From Actinomycetota bacterium (GTDB lineage Bacteria; Actinomycetota; Acidimicrobiia; Acidimicrobiales; JACCXE01): a stretch of DNA of 64,000 nt. Made by a program: the position numbers and the translations under genes. This document shows positions 35,902 to 44,978 of the stretch, in pieces (position 1 is the first letter of the stretch; every line of letters starts with the position of its first letter). Below the pieces are notes generated by a model. That model did not search any database. It was not told the DNA's origin and worked only from the letters and a program-made list of their open reading frames with translations. Where the stretch lies: positions 21,252-85,251 of the forward strand of contig JBEEFV010000093.1 of NCBI GenBank assembly GCA_041166405.1. The letters run 5' to 3'.

Positions 35902-36942
35902 GTGTCAGAAAGCATCTTTTCCAATCTCCTAGGTCGCGACATGGCCGTCGACCTAGGCACCGCCAACACGCTCGTCTACGTACGCGGGCGCGGCATCGTG
36001 CTCAACGAGCCGTCGGTGGTCGCGGTGAACGTGAAGGACGGGCGACCGCTCGCCGTCGGCACCGAGGCGAAACGGATGATCGGCCGCACGCCGAATCACA
36101 TCCGCGCCATCCGTCCGTTGAAGGACGGCGTCATCGCCGACTTCGACATCTGCGAAAAGATGCTGCGGTACTTCATCCAGAAGGTGCACCAGCGTCGCTT
36201 CTCGCACCCTCGCATGGTCATCTGCGTTCCTTCTGGCATCACCGGCGTCGAGCAGCGCGCCGTGGCCGAGGCGGCCGAGTTCGCCGGCGCCCGCAAGCCC
36301 GTCTACATCATCGAAGAACCGATGGCCGCGGCGATCGGCGCCGGCCTGCCGGTGCACGAGCCCGCCGGCAACATGGTCGTCGACATCGGCGGCGGCACAA
36401 CCGAAGTCGCCGTCATCTCCCTCGGTGGCATCGTCACCGCCGGCTCGATCCGCATCGGCGGCGACGAACTCGACGACTCGATCATCAACTACATCAAGAA
36501 GGAATACTCCGTGGCGCTCGGCGAGCGCACCGCGGAGGAGATCAAGTGCTACTACGGCTCGGCGTGGGCGCTCGAAGAGGAGCACTACTTCGAGATCCGC
36601 GGCCGTGACCTCATCACCGGGCTCCCGAAGCCGGTCATGACGTCGACGGGGGAGATCCGCGAAGCGATCGAAGAGCCGGTCGCCGCCATCGTCGACGCGG
36701 TGAAGGTGACGCTCGACAAGACGCCGCCGGAACTGGCAGCCGACATCATGCAGCGCGGCATCGTCATCACCGGTGGCGGCGCGTTGCTGCACGGGATGGG
36801 CGAGCGCCTCGAACACGAGACGGGAATGCCGATCGTGATCGCGCCGAACCCGCTGCATGCCGTTGCCATCGGCAGCGGCCAGTGCCTCGAGGAGTTCGAA
36901 GTCCTCAAGGGCGTCTTCATCAACTCGAACCCTCCCCACTAG
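35902..36942 (+). CDS. mreB: Rod-shape-determining protein MreB
   Basis: DLGTANTLVYV, VVDIGGGTTEVAV, ITGGGALL. 346 aa. Confidence 0.97.
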   Translation: MSESIFSNLLGRDMAVDLGTANTLVYVRGRGIVLNEPSVVAVNVKDGRPLAVGTEAKRMIGRTPNHIRAIRPLKDGVIADFDICEKMLRYFIQKVHQRRFSHPRMVICVPSGITGVEQRAVAEAAEFAGARKPVYIIEEPMAAAIGAGLPVHEPAGNMVVDIGGGTTEVAVISLGGIVTAGSIRIGGDELDDSIINYIKKEYSVALGERTAEEIKCYYGSAWALEEEHYFEIRGRDLITGLPKPVMTSTGEIREAIEEPVAAIVDAVKVTLDKTPPELAADIMQRGIVITGGGALLHGMGERLEHETGMPIVIAPNPLHAVAIGSGQCLEEFEVLKGVFINSNPPH

Positions 36943-36951
36943 CGTGACGGG

Positions 36952-37779
36952 GTGGTCGCGCCCCGGCGAACTTCCCGCCCACGCTTCACGCTGCTGCTGA
37001 TCGTCCTCACCGCGATCACGCTCATCACGCTCGACTACCGCGCCGATGGTGGCGGAGTCACGGGTTCGATCCGCGACGGGGCGCGCACCGCACTCCAGCC
37101 GATCGGCACCGCCGTCGACTTCGTCGTAACGCCGGTCGGCAACGTCATCGGCGGCATCCTCGACTTCGGACGCGTGCGGCGCGAGAACGCCAAGCTCCGC
37201 GACGAACTGGCCCAGGCGCGCAGCACGGTGCAGTCCGCGCAAGACGCCAAGAGCCAGCTGCAGCGCATCGAAGACGAGATCGGCGTGACGAGCACGAGCG
37301 ACATCCCGTCGGTCGCGGCGCGCGTCACGGGCGGTTCGCCGTCGGTCCTGCAACTCACCATCGAGATCGACAAGGGCAAGGACGACGGCATCACCAAGGG
37401 CATGCCGGTCATTTCCGGTGGCGCGCTCGTGGGGCGCATCCAACGGGCGACGGGGCACCGCTCGACGGTGCAGTTGCTTTCCGATCCGGGCCTCAGCGTC
37501 GGCGTGCGTTTGGCGCGCACGGGCGATCTCAGCGTGGCGACCGGTGACGGCGGCGACATGGTGATGTCGCTCGTCGAGCCCAACACCGAGATCCACCCCG
37601 GCGATGCGGCGGTCACCAGCGGCCTGCAACAGAGCGAATACCCGCCGGGGCTGCCCGTCGGGAAAGTGCGCTCGGCAAAACGCGACGACGCGGGTCTTAC
37701 GCAATCGGTGCGGCTGCGTCCGCTCGTGAACCTGCGCAGACTTTCCTTCGTGCGTGTGCTGCAGTGGGCGCCGCAATGA
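36952..37779 (+). CDS. mreC: Rod-shape-determining protein MreC
   Basis: N-terminal TM, coiled coil (ENAKLRDELAQAR), C-terminal GMPVISGGALVGRI and YPPGLPVGKV. Positioned after mreB. Confidence 0.85.
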   Translation: MVAPRRTSRPRFTLLLIVLTAITLITLDYRADGGGVTGSIRDGARTALQPIGTAVDFVVTPVGNVIGGILDFGRVRRENAKLRDELAQARSTVQSAQDAKSQLQRIEDEIGVTSTSDIPSVAARVTGGSPSVLQLTIEIDKGKDDGITKGMPVISGGALVGRIQRATGHRSTVQLLSDPGLSVGVRLARTGDLSVATGDGGDMVMSLVEPNTEIHPGDAAVTSGLQQSEYPPGLPVGKVRSAKRDDAGLTQSVRLRPLVNLRRLSFVRVLQWAPQ

Positions 37780-38294
37780 CCGAAGGCGCCAACCGTCCGC
37801 TACGCATCGCCGTCGTGCTGCTGGGACTGCTCGAGTTGCAGCTGCACGTCGTCGACGGGATCCGTATCGGCGGCTACCACCCGCTGATCCTGTTCCTGAT
37901 TCCGATCGCGGCTGCGCTCGAGGGTGACGGGTCGCGCGCCGCCATCGCCGGATTCATCACCGGCCTCGTGCTCGACCTCTTCCTGGAAACGCCGCTCGGA
38001 TTGTCGGGGCTCGTGTTCGCCATCGTCGGATACGGCGTGGCGTCGTTCGAGCGCGGTGTCATCCGCGCCGATCGCTGGTTGCAGCCGGCCGTTGCCGGCG
38101 CCGCGAGCGCCGCCGGGGTCGTCGGCATCGGGATCGCGGCGGCCATCTTCGGTCAGCCGCAGTATTTCCGGCTGTCGTTGATCGGTTCGGTCGTCTTCGT
38201 CGGCGTGTTCAACGCCATCGTGGCGACGCCGGTGATCCGCGCCGTGCGTTGGGCGCTCGGCCCCGTCGCCGTGCACGGGGGGCTGCATGCCTGA
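37764..38294 (+). CDS. mreD: Rod-shape-determining protein MreD
   Basis: 176-aa polytopic membrane protein. Called on position between mreC and pbp2, overlapping both. Confidence 0.7.
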   Translation: MGAAMTEGANRPLRIAVVLLGLLELQLHVVDGIRIGGYHPLILFLIPIAAALEGDGSRAAIAGFITGLVLDLFLETPLGLSGLVFAIVGYGVASFERGVIRADRWLQPAVAGAASAAGVVGIGIAAAIFGQPQYFRLSLIGSVVFVGVFNAIVATPVIRAVRWALGPVAVHGGLHA

Positions 38295-40218
38295 CCCGCA
38301 AGGATCGGCGCACCTGCGGCTGACCATCGTCGGCATCGTCGTGTTCTCGCTGTTCGCCACGTTGCTGAGCCGCGCCACGTATCTCCAGGCGATGGATTCC
38401 GGCGCGTTCGTCAAGCAGGCCCGCGAGAACCGCGTGCGCATCGTGTACGAACCGGCGCCGCGCGGGCGCATCCTCGACCGCAACAACCAGGTGCTGGTCG
38501 ACAACAAGGTGTCGAACGTCATCACGCTGAGTCGCGAGCAGGCGGCCAAGGACGACGAAGTCATCGACCGTCTGGCAGCGCTCCTGCACATCCAACGCTC
38601 CGACATCGAGGCGAAGGTGAAGGACCAACGGTTCTCGCCGTTCACGCCGGTCCCGGTCATCACCGAGGCGCCCGAAGAGGCGATCGTCTACATCCGCGAA
38701 CACCAGAGCGACTTCGAAGGCGTCGACGCCGCACGCGTGACCGAGCGCTCGTATCCCTACGGCACGCTCGCGGCGCATCTGCTGGGTTACGTCGGCAAGC
38801 TCAACGAGCGCGAACTCAGCGAGCACCGGCGCGACAACTACCAGCCGTCCGACGAGATCGGCAAGAGCGGCGTGGAGTTGCTGTACGAGAAGTGGCTGCG
38901 GGGCACGCCCGGCGTGACGCGTCTCGAGGTCGACAGCGCCGACCGCGTCGTGCGCACGCTGTTCCACACCGATCCTGTGCCGGGCCACGACATCCGCCTC
39001 ACGCTCGACCTCAACGTGCAGGTCGCTGCCGAAGCCGCGATGGCTCGGGCGATGAACGCCGCGCACGGGACGTACGACCGCGGGATGGCCAAAGACTTCA
39101 TCGCGCCCGCGGGCGCGGCCGTCGTGCTCGATCCGCGCGACGGATCCGTGCGCGCCATGGCGTCGCTTCCGACGTTCAACCCCGGCGACTTCGTCGGCGG
39201 CATCACGACGCCGCAGTACCAGGCGCTCACCGCACCCCAGGCGCACTTCCCGCTCAACAACCGCGCGCTCGCCGGTGAGTACTCACCGGGCTCGACGTTC
39301 AAGCTGGCGACCGCTGTCGCCGCCGTCAACACCCGCATGCTCGACCCGCGCAAGACGATCGTCGACGGCGGGAAGTACACCGTCGCCGGTTGTGCCGGTG
39401 ATCGCTGCGTGTTCCACAACGCCAACAACGAGGCGCACGGACCCGTCAACCTGACGACCGCCATCACGGTGTCGTCCGACGTGTTCTTCTACGGCCTCGG
39501 CGATCAGTTCTGGAAGAACCGCAACACGTACGGCACCACCGCGATCCAGGACACGGCGCGTTCGCTCGGCTTCGGCGCCAAGACGGGCATCGGACTCGGC
39601 GAGCACGCCGGGCGTGTGCCGACGCCCGACTTGCGCGCCGCGCTCCACGACGCCAACCCGAAAGCGTTCCCCACCCGCGACTGGCGCACGGGCGACAACA
39701 TCAACCTCTCGATCGGCCAAGGCGAGCTCGTCGTGACACCGATCCAACTGGCGCGTGCGTACGCGACGTTCGCGAAGGACGGCAAGGCGTTCGTCCCCCG
39801 CGTCGCCAGCGAAGCGCTCACCGAAACCGAGAACGGCGGCTACCGCACGGTGATGTCGTTCCCGGCCGTCTCCGTGCCGGGACCGATCATCCAGCCCGAC
39901 GTGAAAGCGCCGATCGAAGCGGGTCTCAAGGGCGTGACGTCGAACCCGCGCGGGACCGCCTACAACGCCTTCGCAGGATTCACCGGGATGACCGTCGCCG
40001 GCAAGACCGGTACCGCGCAGGTACACGGCAAACAGGACACGGCGCTGTTCGCCGCCTACGCGCCCGTCGAGGACCCGCAGTGGGCCGTCGCCGTGGTGAT
40101 GGAAGAAGCGGGCTTCGGTGGTTCAATCGCCGCGCCCGTTGCCCGCCACATCTTCGACGCCGTCCTCGGCCGCACCAACGACAGCTCGGCCGACGTCGTG
40201 CAGAGCGTGCTGGACTGA
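38287..40218 (+). CDS. mrdA: Penicillin-binding protein 2 (elongasome transpeptidase)
   Basis: SPGSTFK (SxxK), VSSDVFF (SxD/N), KTGTAQV (KTG). 643 aa. Confidence 0.9.
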   Translation: MPDPQGSAHLRLTIVGIVVFSLFATLLSRATYLQAMDSGAFVKQARENRVRIVYEPAPRGRILDRNNQVLVDNKVSNVITLSREQAAKDDEVIDRLAALLHIQRSDIEAKVKDQRFSPFTPVPVITEAPEEAIVYIREHQSDFEGVDAARVTERSYPYGTLAAHLLGYVGKLNERELSEHRRDNYQPSDEIGKSGVELLYEKWLRGTPGVTRLEVDSADRVVRTLFHTDPVPGHDIRLTLDLNVQVAAEAAMARAMNAAHGTYDRGMAKDFIAPAGAAVVLDPRDGSVRAMASLPTFNPGDFVGGITTPQYQALTAPQAHFPLNNRALAGEYSPGSTFKLATAVAAVNTRMLDPRKTIVDGGKYTVAGCAGDRCVFHNANNEAHGPVNLTTAITVSSDVFFYGLGDQFWKNRNTYGTTAIQDTARSLGFGAKTGIGLGEHAGRVPTPDLRAALHDANPKAFPTRDWRTGDNINLSIGQGELVVTPIQLARAYATFAKDGKAFVPRVASEALTETENGGYRTVMSFPAVSVPGPIIQPDVKAPIEAGLKGVTSNPRGTAYNAFAGFTGMTVAGKTGTAQVHGKQDTALFAAYAPVEDPQWAVAVVMEEAGFGGSIAAPVARHIFDAVLGRTNDSSADVVQSVLD

Positions 40219-41375
40219 TGCTTTCCGCGCGGCCGAACGAACGGTTCTCGACGCTGCGATCGTGGCGCCACGCCGACCACTCGTTGATCATCGCCTGCGT
40301 CGCCGCGGCGTCGCTCGGCCTCGTCGCCGTGTTCTCGGCGACGCGCCACGAGCTCGCGGCCGCGGGCCTGTCGGAGAACAGCACGGTCAGCAAACAAGCG
40401 ACGTTCGTGCTCGTCGGAATCGTCGTGATGGCGATCGCGACACTGGTCGACTACCGCAACCTGCGCGCCATGTCGCCGTACTTGTTCGCCGGCACGGTGC
40501 TGCTGCTGCTGATGGTGAAGACGCCTCTCGGCTCGCACCAACTCGGCACCCAAGCGCGCTTCGACCTCGGGCCGTACCAGTTCCAGCCGTCGGAGTGGGC
40601 CAAGGTCGTCATGGTCGTGTGCATCGCCGCGTTCTGCGCGTCGTTCCGCGGGCAACTCACGGGTGGCCACATCATGGGACTGCTGTTGCTGTCAGCGGTC
40701 CCGATCGGCCTGATCTACCTGCAGCCCGACCTCGGCACCGCGCTCGTGTTCATCGCGGTGCTGCTCGGTGTGCTCGCCGTCGCCGGTGCGAAGCCGCGCC
40801 ACCTCGCCGTGCTCACCGCCATCGGGGTGACGGCGGTCGTGCTCGTCTTACAGCTCGGGGTGTTGAAGCAGTACCAACTCGACCGCTTCGGCGCGTTCCT
40901 CGACCAGCAGGACTCCGCGCAGCGAGTGGCGTTCAACGTGAGCCCCGCCAAGTACAACCTCAACCAGTCGAAGATCGCCATCGGCTCCGGCGGCATCACC
41001 GGCAAGGGGTTGTTCAAGGGAACGCAGACCAACCTGCGCTACGTCCCGGAGCAGTCGACCGACTTCATCTTCACCGTCGTCGGTGAAGAGCTGGGCCTCG
41101 TCGGGTCGGGCGCGCTCATTCTCCTGTTCGCGTTCATCACCTACCGCGTGTGGCGCGCCGCGGCGACGGCGCGCGATCTGTTCGGGACGCTGGTGTGCGT
41201 CGGCGTGCTGTGCATGTTCGTGTTCCAGATTTTCGAGAACATCGGCATGACGATGGGCATCATGCCGATCACCGGGATCCCGCTGCCGTTCATCAGCTAC
41301 GGCGGCAGCTCGACGCTCGCCGCGTTCGCCGGCATCGGTCTCGTCTTGAACGTCGGCATGCGGCGCTTTAGCTAG
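40218..41375 (+). CDS. rodA: SEDS-family peptidoglycan polymerase RodA
   Basis: ATG at 40218 (TGATG overlap with pbp2). FQPSEWAKV and PLPFISYGGSS. The ORF-track start 40080 was rejected. Confidence 0.9.
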   Translation: MLSARPNERFSTLRSWRHADHSLIIACVAAASLGLVAVFSATRHELAAAGLSENSTVSKQATFVLVGIVVMAIATLVDYRNLRAMSPYLFAGTVLLLLMVKTPLGSHQLGTQARFDLGPYQFQPSEWAKVVMVVCIAAFCASFRGQLTGGHIMGLLLLSAVPIGLIYLQPDLGTALVFIAVLLGVLAVAGAKPRHLAVLTAIGVTAVVLVLQLGVLKQYQLDRFGAFLDQQDSAQRVAFNVSPAKYNLNQSKIAIGSGGITGKGLFKGTQTNLRYVPEQSTDFIFTVVGEELGLVGSGALILLFAFITYRVWRAAATARDLFGTLVCVGVLCMFVFQIFENIGMTMGIMPITGIPLPFISYGGSSTLAAFAGIGLVLNVGMRRFS

Positions 41376-41390
41376 GGATAAGGTCAGCGC

Positions 41391-42233
41391 ATGCGCAAAG
41401 TGGCAATTGCCCTGTTGATGTTGGCCGCCCTGTTGGGGGCGTGCGGCAAGAACGACAACCCTTCCATCGACAGCCAGACACCGGCGGCAGCGAGCATCAA
41501 CGTGACGACCAAGGACTTCCAGTTCGCGGACGCTCCCACGACCGTCACCGTCGACAACTTGGCCAAGCTCACGATCAAGAACGAGGGGACCGAGCCCCAC
41601 GAGGCCGCCATCATCAAGTTGACCGACGGCAAGACCGTCGACGACGTCAAGACGTTCCTCGGGTCGAAGACTCCTTCGGGCCCTCCGCCGTTCACGCTCG
41701 GCGGCGGCACCACCGCGGTTGATCCCGGTGGCAGCGCGTCGGTCACGCAGTCGTTGCCCGCGGGGTCCTACGCCTTTATTTGCTACGTCGCCGGCCAGGA
41801 CGGTGTGCCGCACTTCGCCAAGGGCATGCTCGCCGGGTTCAGCGTGACGGGGAACTCGACGACGTCGCTTCCCCTGCCTGACGGTGTCAACGCCACCGGC
41901 AAGGAGTTCCAGTTCGACCTGCCGGCGCTCAAGGCGGGCACGACGACGATCCGCTTCCGCAACGCCGGCCAGCAGGACCACGTGCTCGGATTCGCCAAGG
42001 TGGCCGACGGCAAGACGGCTGACGACGCCCGCAAGTGGCTCACGGACCATCAGGGCCCGCCGCCGCTGTCTTTCATGGGCGGCCCCGCCGCCGGCCCGGG
42101 CGAGTCGAGCTCGTTCCAGGCGAAATTGAGCAAGGGAACCTACGTCTTCTACTGCCCGGTCCCGGATCAGACCGACCCCAACAAGGCGCCGCACTTCACC
42201 AAGGGCATGTTCCAGGGCGTAACTATCACGTAG
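41391..42233 (+). CDS. Lipoprotein with two tandem cupredoxin-like domains
   Basis: Lipobox LLGAC. Each half carries a candidate type-1 Cu ligand set (EPHEA...FICYVAGQDGVPHFAKGM, and QDHVL...FYCPVPDQTDPNKAPHFTKGM). Confidence 0.6.
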   Translation: MRKVAIALLMLAALLGACGKNDNPSIDSQTPAAASINVTTKDFQFADAPTTVTVDNLAKLTIKNEGTEPHEAAIIKLTDGKTVDDVKTFLGSKTPSGPPPFTLGGGTTAVDPGGSASVTQSLPAGSYAFICYVAGQDGVPHFAKGMLAGFSVTGNSTTSLPLPDGVNATGKEFQFDLPALKAGTTTIRFRNAGQQDHVLGFAKVADGKTADDARKWLTDHQGPPPLSFMGGPAAGPGESSSFQAKLSKGTYVFYCPVPDQTDPNKAPHFTKGMFQGVTIT

Positions 42234-42255
42234 GCACCGGTACACTTTCGGCGTC

Positions 42256-44226
42256 ATGAAGCACGAAGCGACCCTGTGGAGCAGGGTCGAGGCGCTGCTG
42301 GCCAACGTGCAGAAGCCCGCGCGGTACATCGGGTGCGAGGACGGGGCACTCACCCCGACCTACGGCCCGGAAACGGTGTCGTGGTTGCTCGTGTATCCCG
42401 ACACGTACGAAGTCGGGCTGCCGAACCAAGGCCTGCAGATCCTCTACGAGTTGCTCAACGAAGCCGCGGACACCGCGGCCGAGCGCTCGTACGCGCCTTG
42501 GACCGACATGGAGGAGCAGATGCGCGCCCACGGCGTGCCGCTGTTCTCGCTCGAGACCCACCGCGCCGCCGCTGACTTCGACGTGCTGGCGTTCAACCTG
42601 TCGGCCGAGCTCGTGTACACGAACGTGCTCAACTGCATCGACCTCGCGGGCGTGGCGGTGCGCGCTGCCGATCGCGCCGACGACGACCTGTTCGTCTGCG
42701 CCGGCGGACACTGCACGTTCAATCCCGAGCCGCTCGCGGACTTCGTCGACTTCTTCGTCATCGGCGACGGGGAAGAAGTCGTCGCCGAGATCACCGAGTC
42801 GCTGCGGGCGTCGCGTGGTGAGGCGCGTGCCGAACGGTTGCGCGCGCTCGGTCGCGTCCCCGGTGTCTACGTGCCGTCGCTTTACGACGTCGTGTACGAC
42901 GGTTCTCGCATCGCGTCGGTGGCGCCGCGCTTCGCCGACGTGCCGGCGCGCGTCGACAAGCGCACCATCGCCGACCTCGGCGCGTGGCCCTATCCCAAGC
43001 AGCAACTCGTGCCGCTCACCGAAGTCGTGCACGACCGACTCAACGTCGAAGTGTTCCGCGGCTGCACGCGCGGTTGCCGTTTCTGTCAGGCGGGGATGAT
43101 CACGCGCCCGGTGCGCGAGCGGCCGGCCGCGCAGGTACGCACGATGGTGTCGGAAGGCCTCAAGCGCACCGGCTACGACGAGGTGTCGCTGACGTCGCTG
43201 TCGAGCGCCGACTACTCGGGGATCAAGGAGGTCGTCGGCGAGATCATCGACGACCCAGAATGCAGCGGCTCGGCCGGTGGCGGCGCGGGACAGATCAGCG
43301 TGTCGCTGCCTTCGTTGCGCGTCGACGCCTTCACGGTCGGCATCGCCGGCGAGATCCAAAAGGCGCGCCGCACCGGCCTTACCTTCGCGCCCGAAGCCGG
43401 CACATGGCGAATGCGTCAGGTCATCAACAAACTGATCACCGAAGAAGACCTCTACGCGTCGGTCGACGCCGCGTTCTCGCAGGGGTGGCGGCGCGTGAAG
43501 CTCTACTTCCTCATCGGGCTGCCGACCGAGACCGACGAAGACGTGCTCGGTATCGCGGAGTTGGCGCGCCGTTGCGCGGCGATCGGGCGCGGTCACACGA
43601 AGGCGGCGACGGTCGTCGCGTCCGTCGGCGGTTTCGTGCCCAAGCCGCAGACGCCGTTCCAGTGGTTCGGTCAGGTGCGCTCCGAAGAACTGCAACGCCG
43701 CATCTGGCTGTTGAAGGACGAGTTCAAGAAGATCAAGGGCGCCCAGTTGAAGTGGCACGACCCGAAGGCGACGCTCGCCGAAGGGCTCGCGTCGCGCGGC
43801 GACCGCCGCATGGGTGCCGTCATCGAAGAGGTCTGGCGGCAAGGCGGCGTCTTCCAGGAATGGTCCGAGTGCTTCTCGCTCGACCGGTGGTTGACGGCGA
43901 TGGAGAACCACGGGCTGTCGCCCGACGATCACGTCTTCCGGCACCGCCAGCGAGAAGAGATCCTGCCGTGGAGCCATATCGGCGCGGGTCTCCACGAAGA
44001 CTTCCTGTGGGACGACTGGCAGGACGCGTTGGCGGAGTACGGCCTCCCCGATTGCCGGTGGACGCCGTGTTATGACTGCGGCGCATGCACCGAGTTCGGC
44101 ATCGAACACGTCGTCGCGTCGAACGTGCCGCCCGCGGGCGGCTCGCAGGGGACTGGGCAGGATCTGTCGAGGGGCGGCGATGTGCCCGTCACCCTTCTCG
44201 CCACACGCGCAGGGGTGTCGCAATGA
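42256..44226 (+). CDS. B12-binding-domain radical SAM protein (uncharacterised TIGR03960-like family)
   Basis: CxxxCxxC in FRGCTRGCRFCQAG. 656 aa. Conserved partner gene downstream. Confidence 0.9.
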   Translation: MKHEATLWSRVEALLANVQKPARYIGCEDGALTPTYGPETVSWLLVYPDTYEVGLPNQGLQILYELLNEAADTAAERSYAPWTDMEEQMRAHGVPLFSLETHRAAADFDVLAFNLSAELVYTNVLNCIDLAGVAVRAADRADDDLFVCAGGHCTFNPEPLADFVDFFVIGDGEEVVAEITESLRASRGEARAERLRALGRVPGVYVPSLYDVVYDGSRIASVAPRFADVPARVDKRTIADLGAWPYPKQQLVPLTEVVHDRLNVEVFRGCTRGCRFCQAGMITRPVRERPAAQVRTMVSEGLKRTGYDEVSLTSLSSADYSGIKEVVGEIIDDPECSGSAGGGAGQISVSLPSLRVDAFTVGIAGEIQKARRTGLTFAPEAGTWRMRQVINKLITEEDLYASVDAAFSQGWRRVKLYFLIGLPTETDEDVLGIAELARRCAAIGRGHTKAATVVASVGGFVPKPQTPFQWFGQVRSEELQRRIWLLKDEFKKIKGAQLKWHDPKATLAEGLASRGDRRMGAVIEEVWRQGGVFQEWSECFSLDRWLTAMENHGLSPDDHVFRHRQREEILPWSHIGAGLHEDFLWDDWQDALAEYGLPDCRWTPCYDCGACTEFGIEHVVASNVPPAGGSQGTGQDLSRGGDVPVTLLATRAGVSQ

Positions 44227-44978
44227 AGTTGCGCGTGCGGTTCCAAAAGCTGGGCAAGGTGCGCTGGATCAGCCACCGCGACATTGCGCGCTGTGTCGAG
44301 CGCGCCGTGCGGCGGGGCAAGCTGCCCGTCGCCTACTCCGAGGGCTTCTCGCCGCGCCCTCGCATCGCCTTCGGCTTGGCCCTGCCTACGGGTGCCGAGT
44401 CGCTGGCGGAATACCTCGACGTCGACTTCGGGGTGAATGAAGTCGACGCCGCTGCTGTCGGATCGGCGCTGTCTGCTGGGCTGCCGGTCGGAATCGACGT
44501 AACAGCGACTGCGCCCGTTCCAACGGGTGCGGTGTCGTTGCAAGAGGGCGTCGTCGCCTGCCGCTGGGAGCTCGGCGTGTTCGGCGAACCAATGCCCGAC
44601 GACTGGTTTGCGCAGTCCGCGGCCCGCTTGTTGGCCGCCGACGAACTCGTCGTCACCCGCGAACGCAAGGGACAGATGGTCAGCGACGACCTCCGTCCGA
44701 ACATCACCGCGCTGAGCGCCGAGGCCCGACCCGACGGGACCCCGATTCTCGCGGTGGAACTATCGACCTACCCGCGCGGCATCCGTCCCGCGGATCTTGG
44801 TCACGCACTGGAACTGCCTGTGACGCGCCTCGACGTGCGTCGCACCCACCAATGGATTGCGCCCGATGGCGCGCGTACCGAGCCACTGATGCTCGATGAA
44901 ACGAGTTACCCATGTCCGAACCTTCCCCCGAATACACACCAACCCCCCGGCGACGCCGTCGTCGCCCGAACCGCGTAG
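44223..44978 (+). CDS. Radical SAM-linked protein (DUF2344 / TIGR03936-like)
   Basis: ATG at 44223 (ATGA overlap with the radical SAM gene). MKLRVRFQKLGKVRWISHRDIARCVERAVRR...YSEGFSPRPRIAFG is the family's typical N terminus as I recall it. Confidence 0.75.
   Translation: MKLRVRFQKLGKVRWISHRDIARCVERAVRRGKLPVAYSEGFSPRPRIAFGLALPTGAESLAEYLDVDFGVNEVDAAAVGSALSAGLPVGIDVTATAPVPTGAVSLQEGVVACRWELGVFGEPMPDDWFAQSAARLLAADELVVTRERKGQMVSDDLRPNITALSAEARPDGTPILAVELSTYPRGIRPADLGHALELPVTRLDVRRTHQWIAPDGARTEPLMLDETSYPCPNLPPNTHQPPGDAVVARTA

Noticed and set aside
35398-35916. The shared string tgtcagaaag at 35399 (mini-ORF ATG TCA GAA AGT CCG TGA) and at the mreB start (GTG TCA GAA AGC)
   Set aside because: It is a 10-nt match seen only twice. 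The first copy is simply the 3' arm of the folC-ndk hairpin. There is no further similarity, so it is most likely coincidence.
44912-44978. The 67-nt overlap between DUF2344 and rne considered as a possible programmed frameshift or fusion
   Set aside because: The rne N terminus is disordered and Arg/Pro-rich with several possible downstream starts. The overlap may simply reflect a mis-chosen start. There is no slippery sequence that I can identify.
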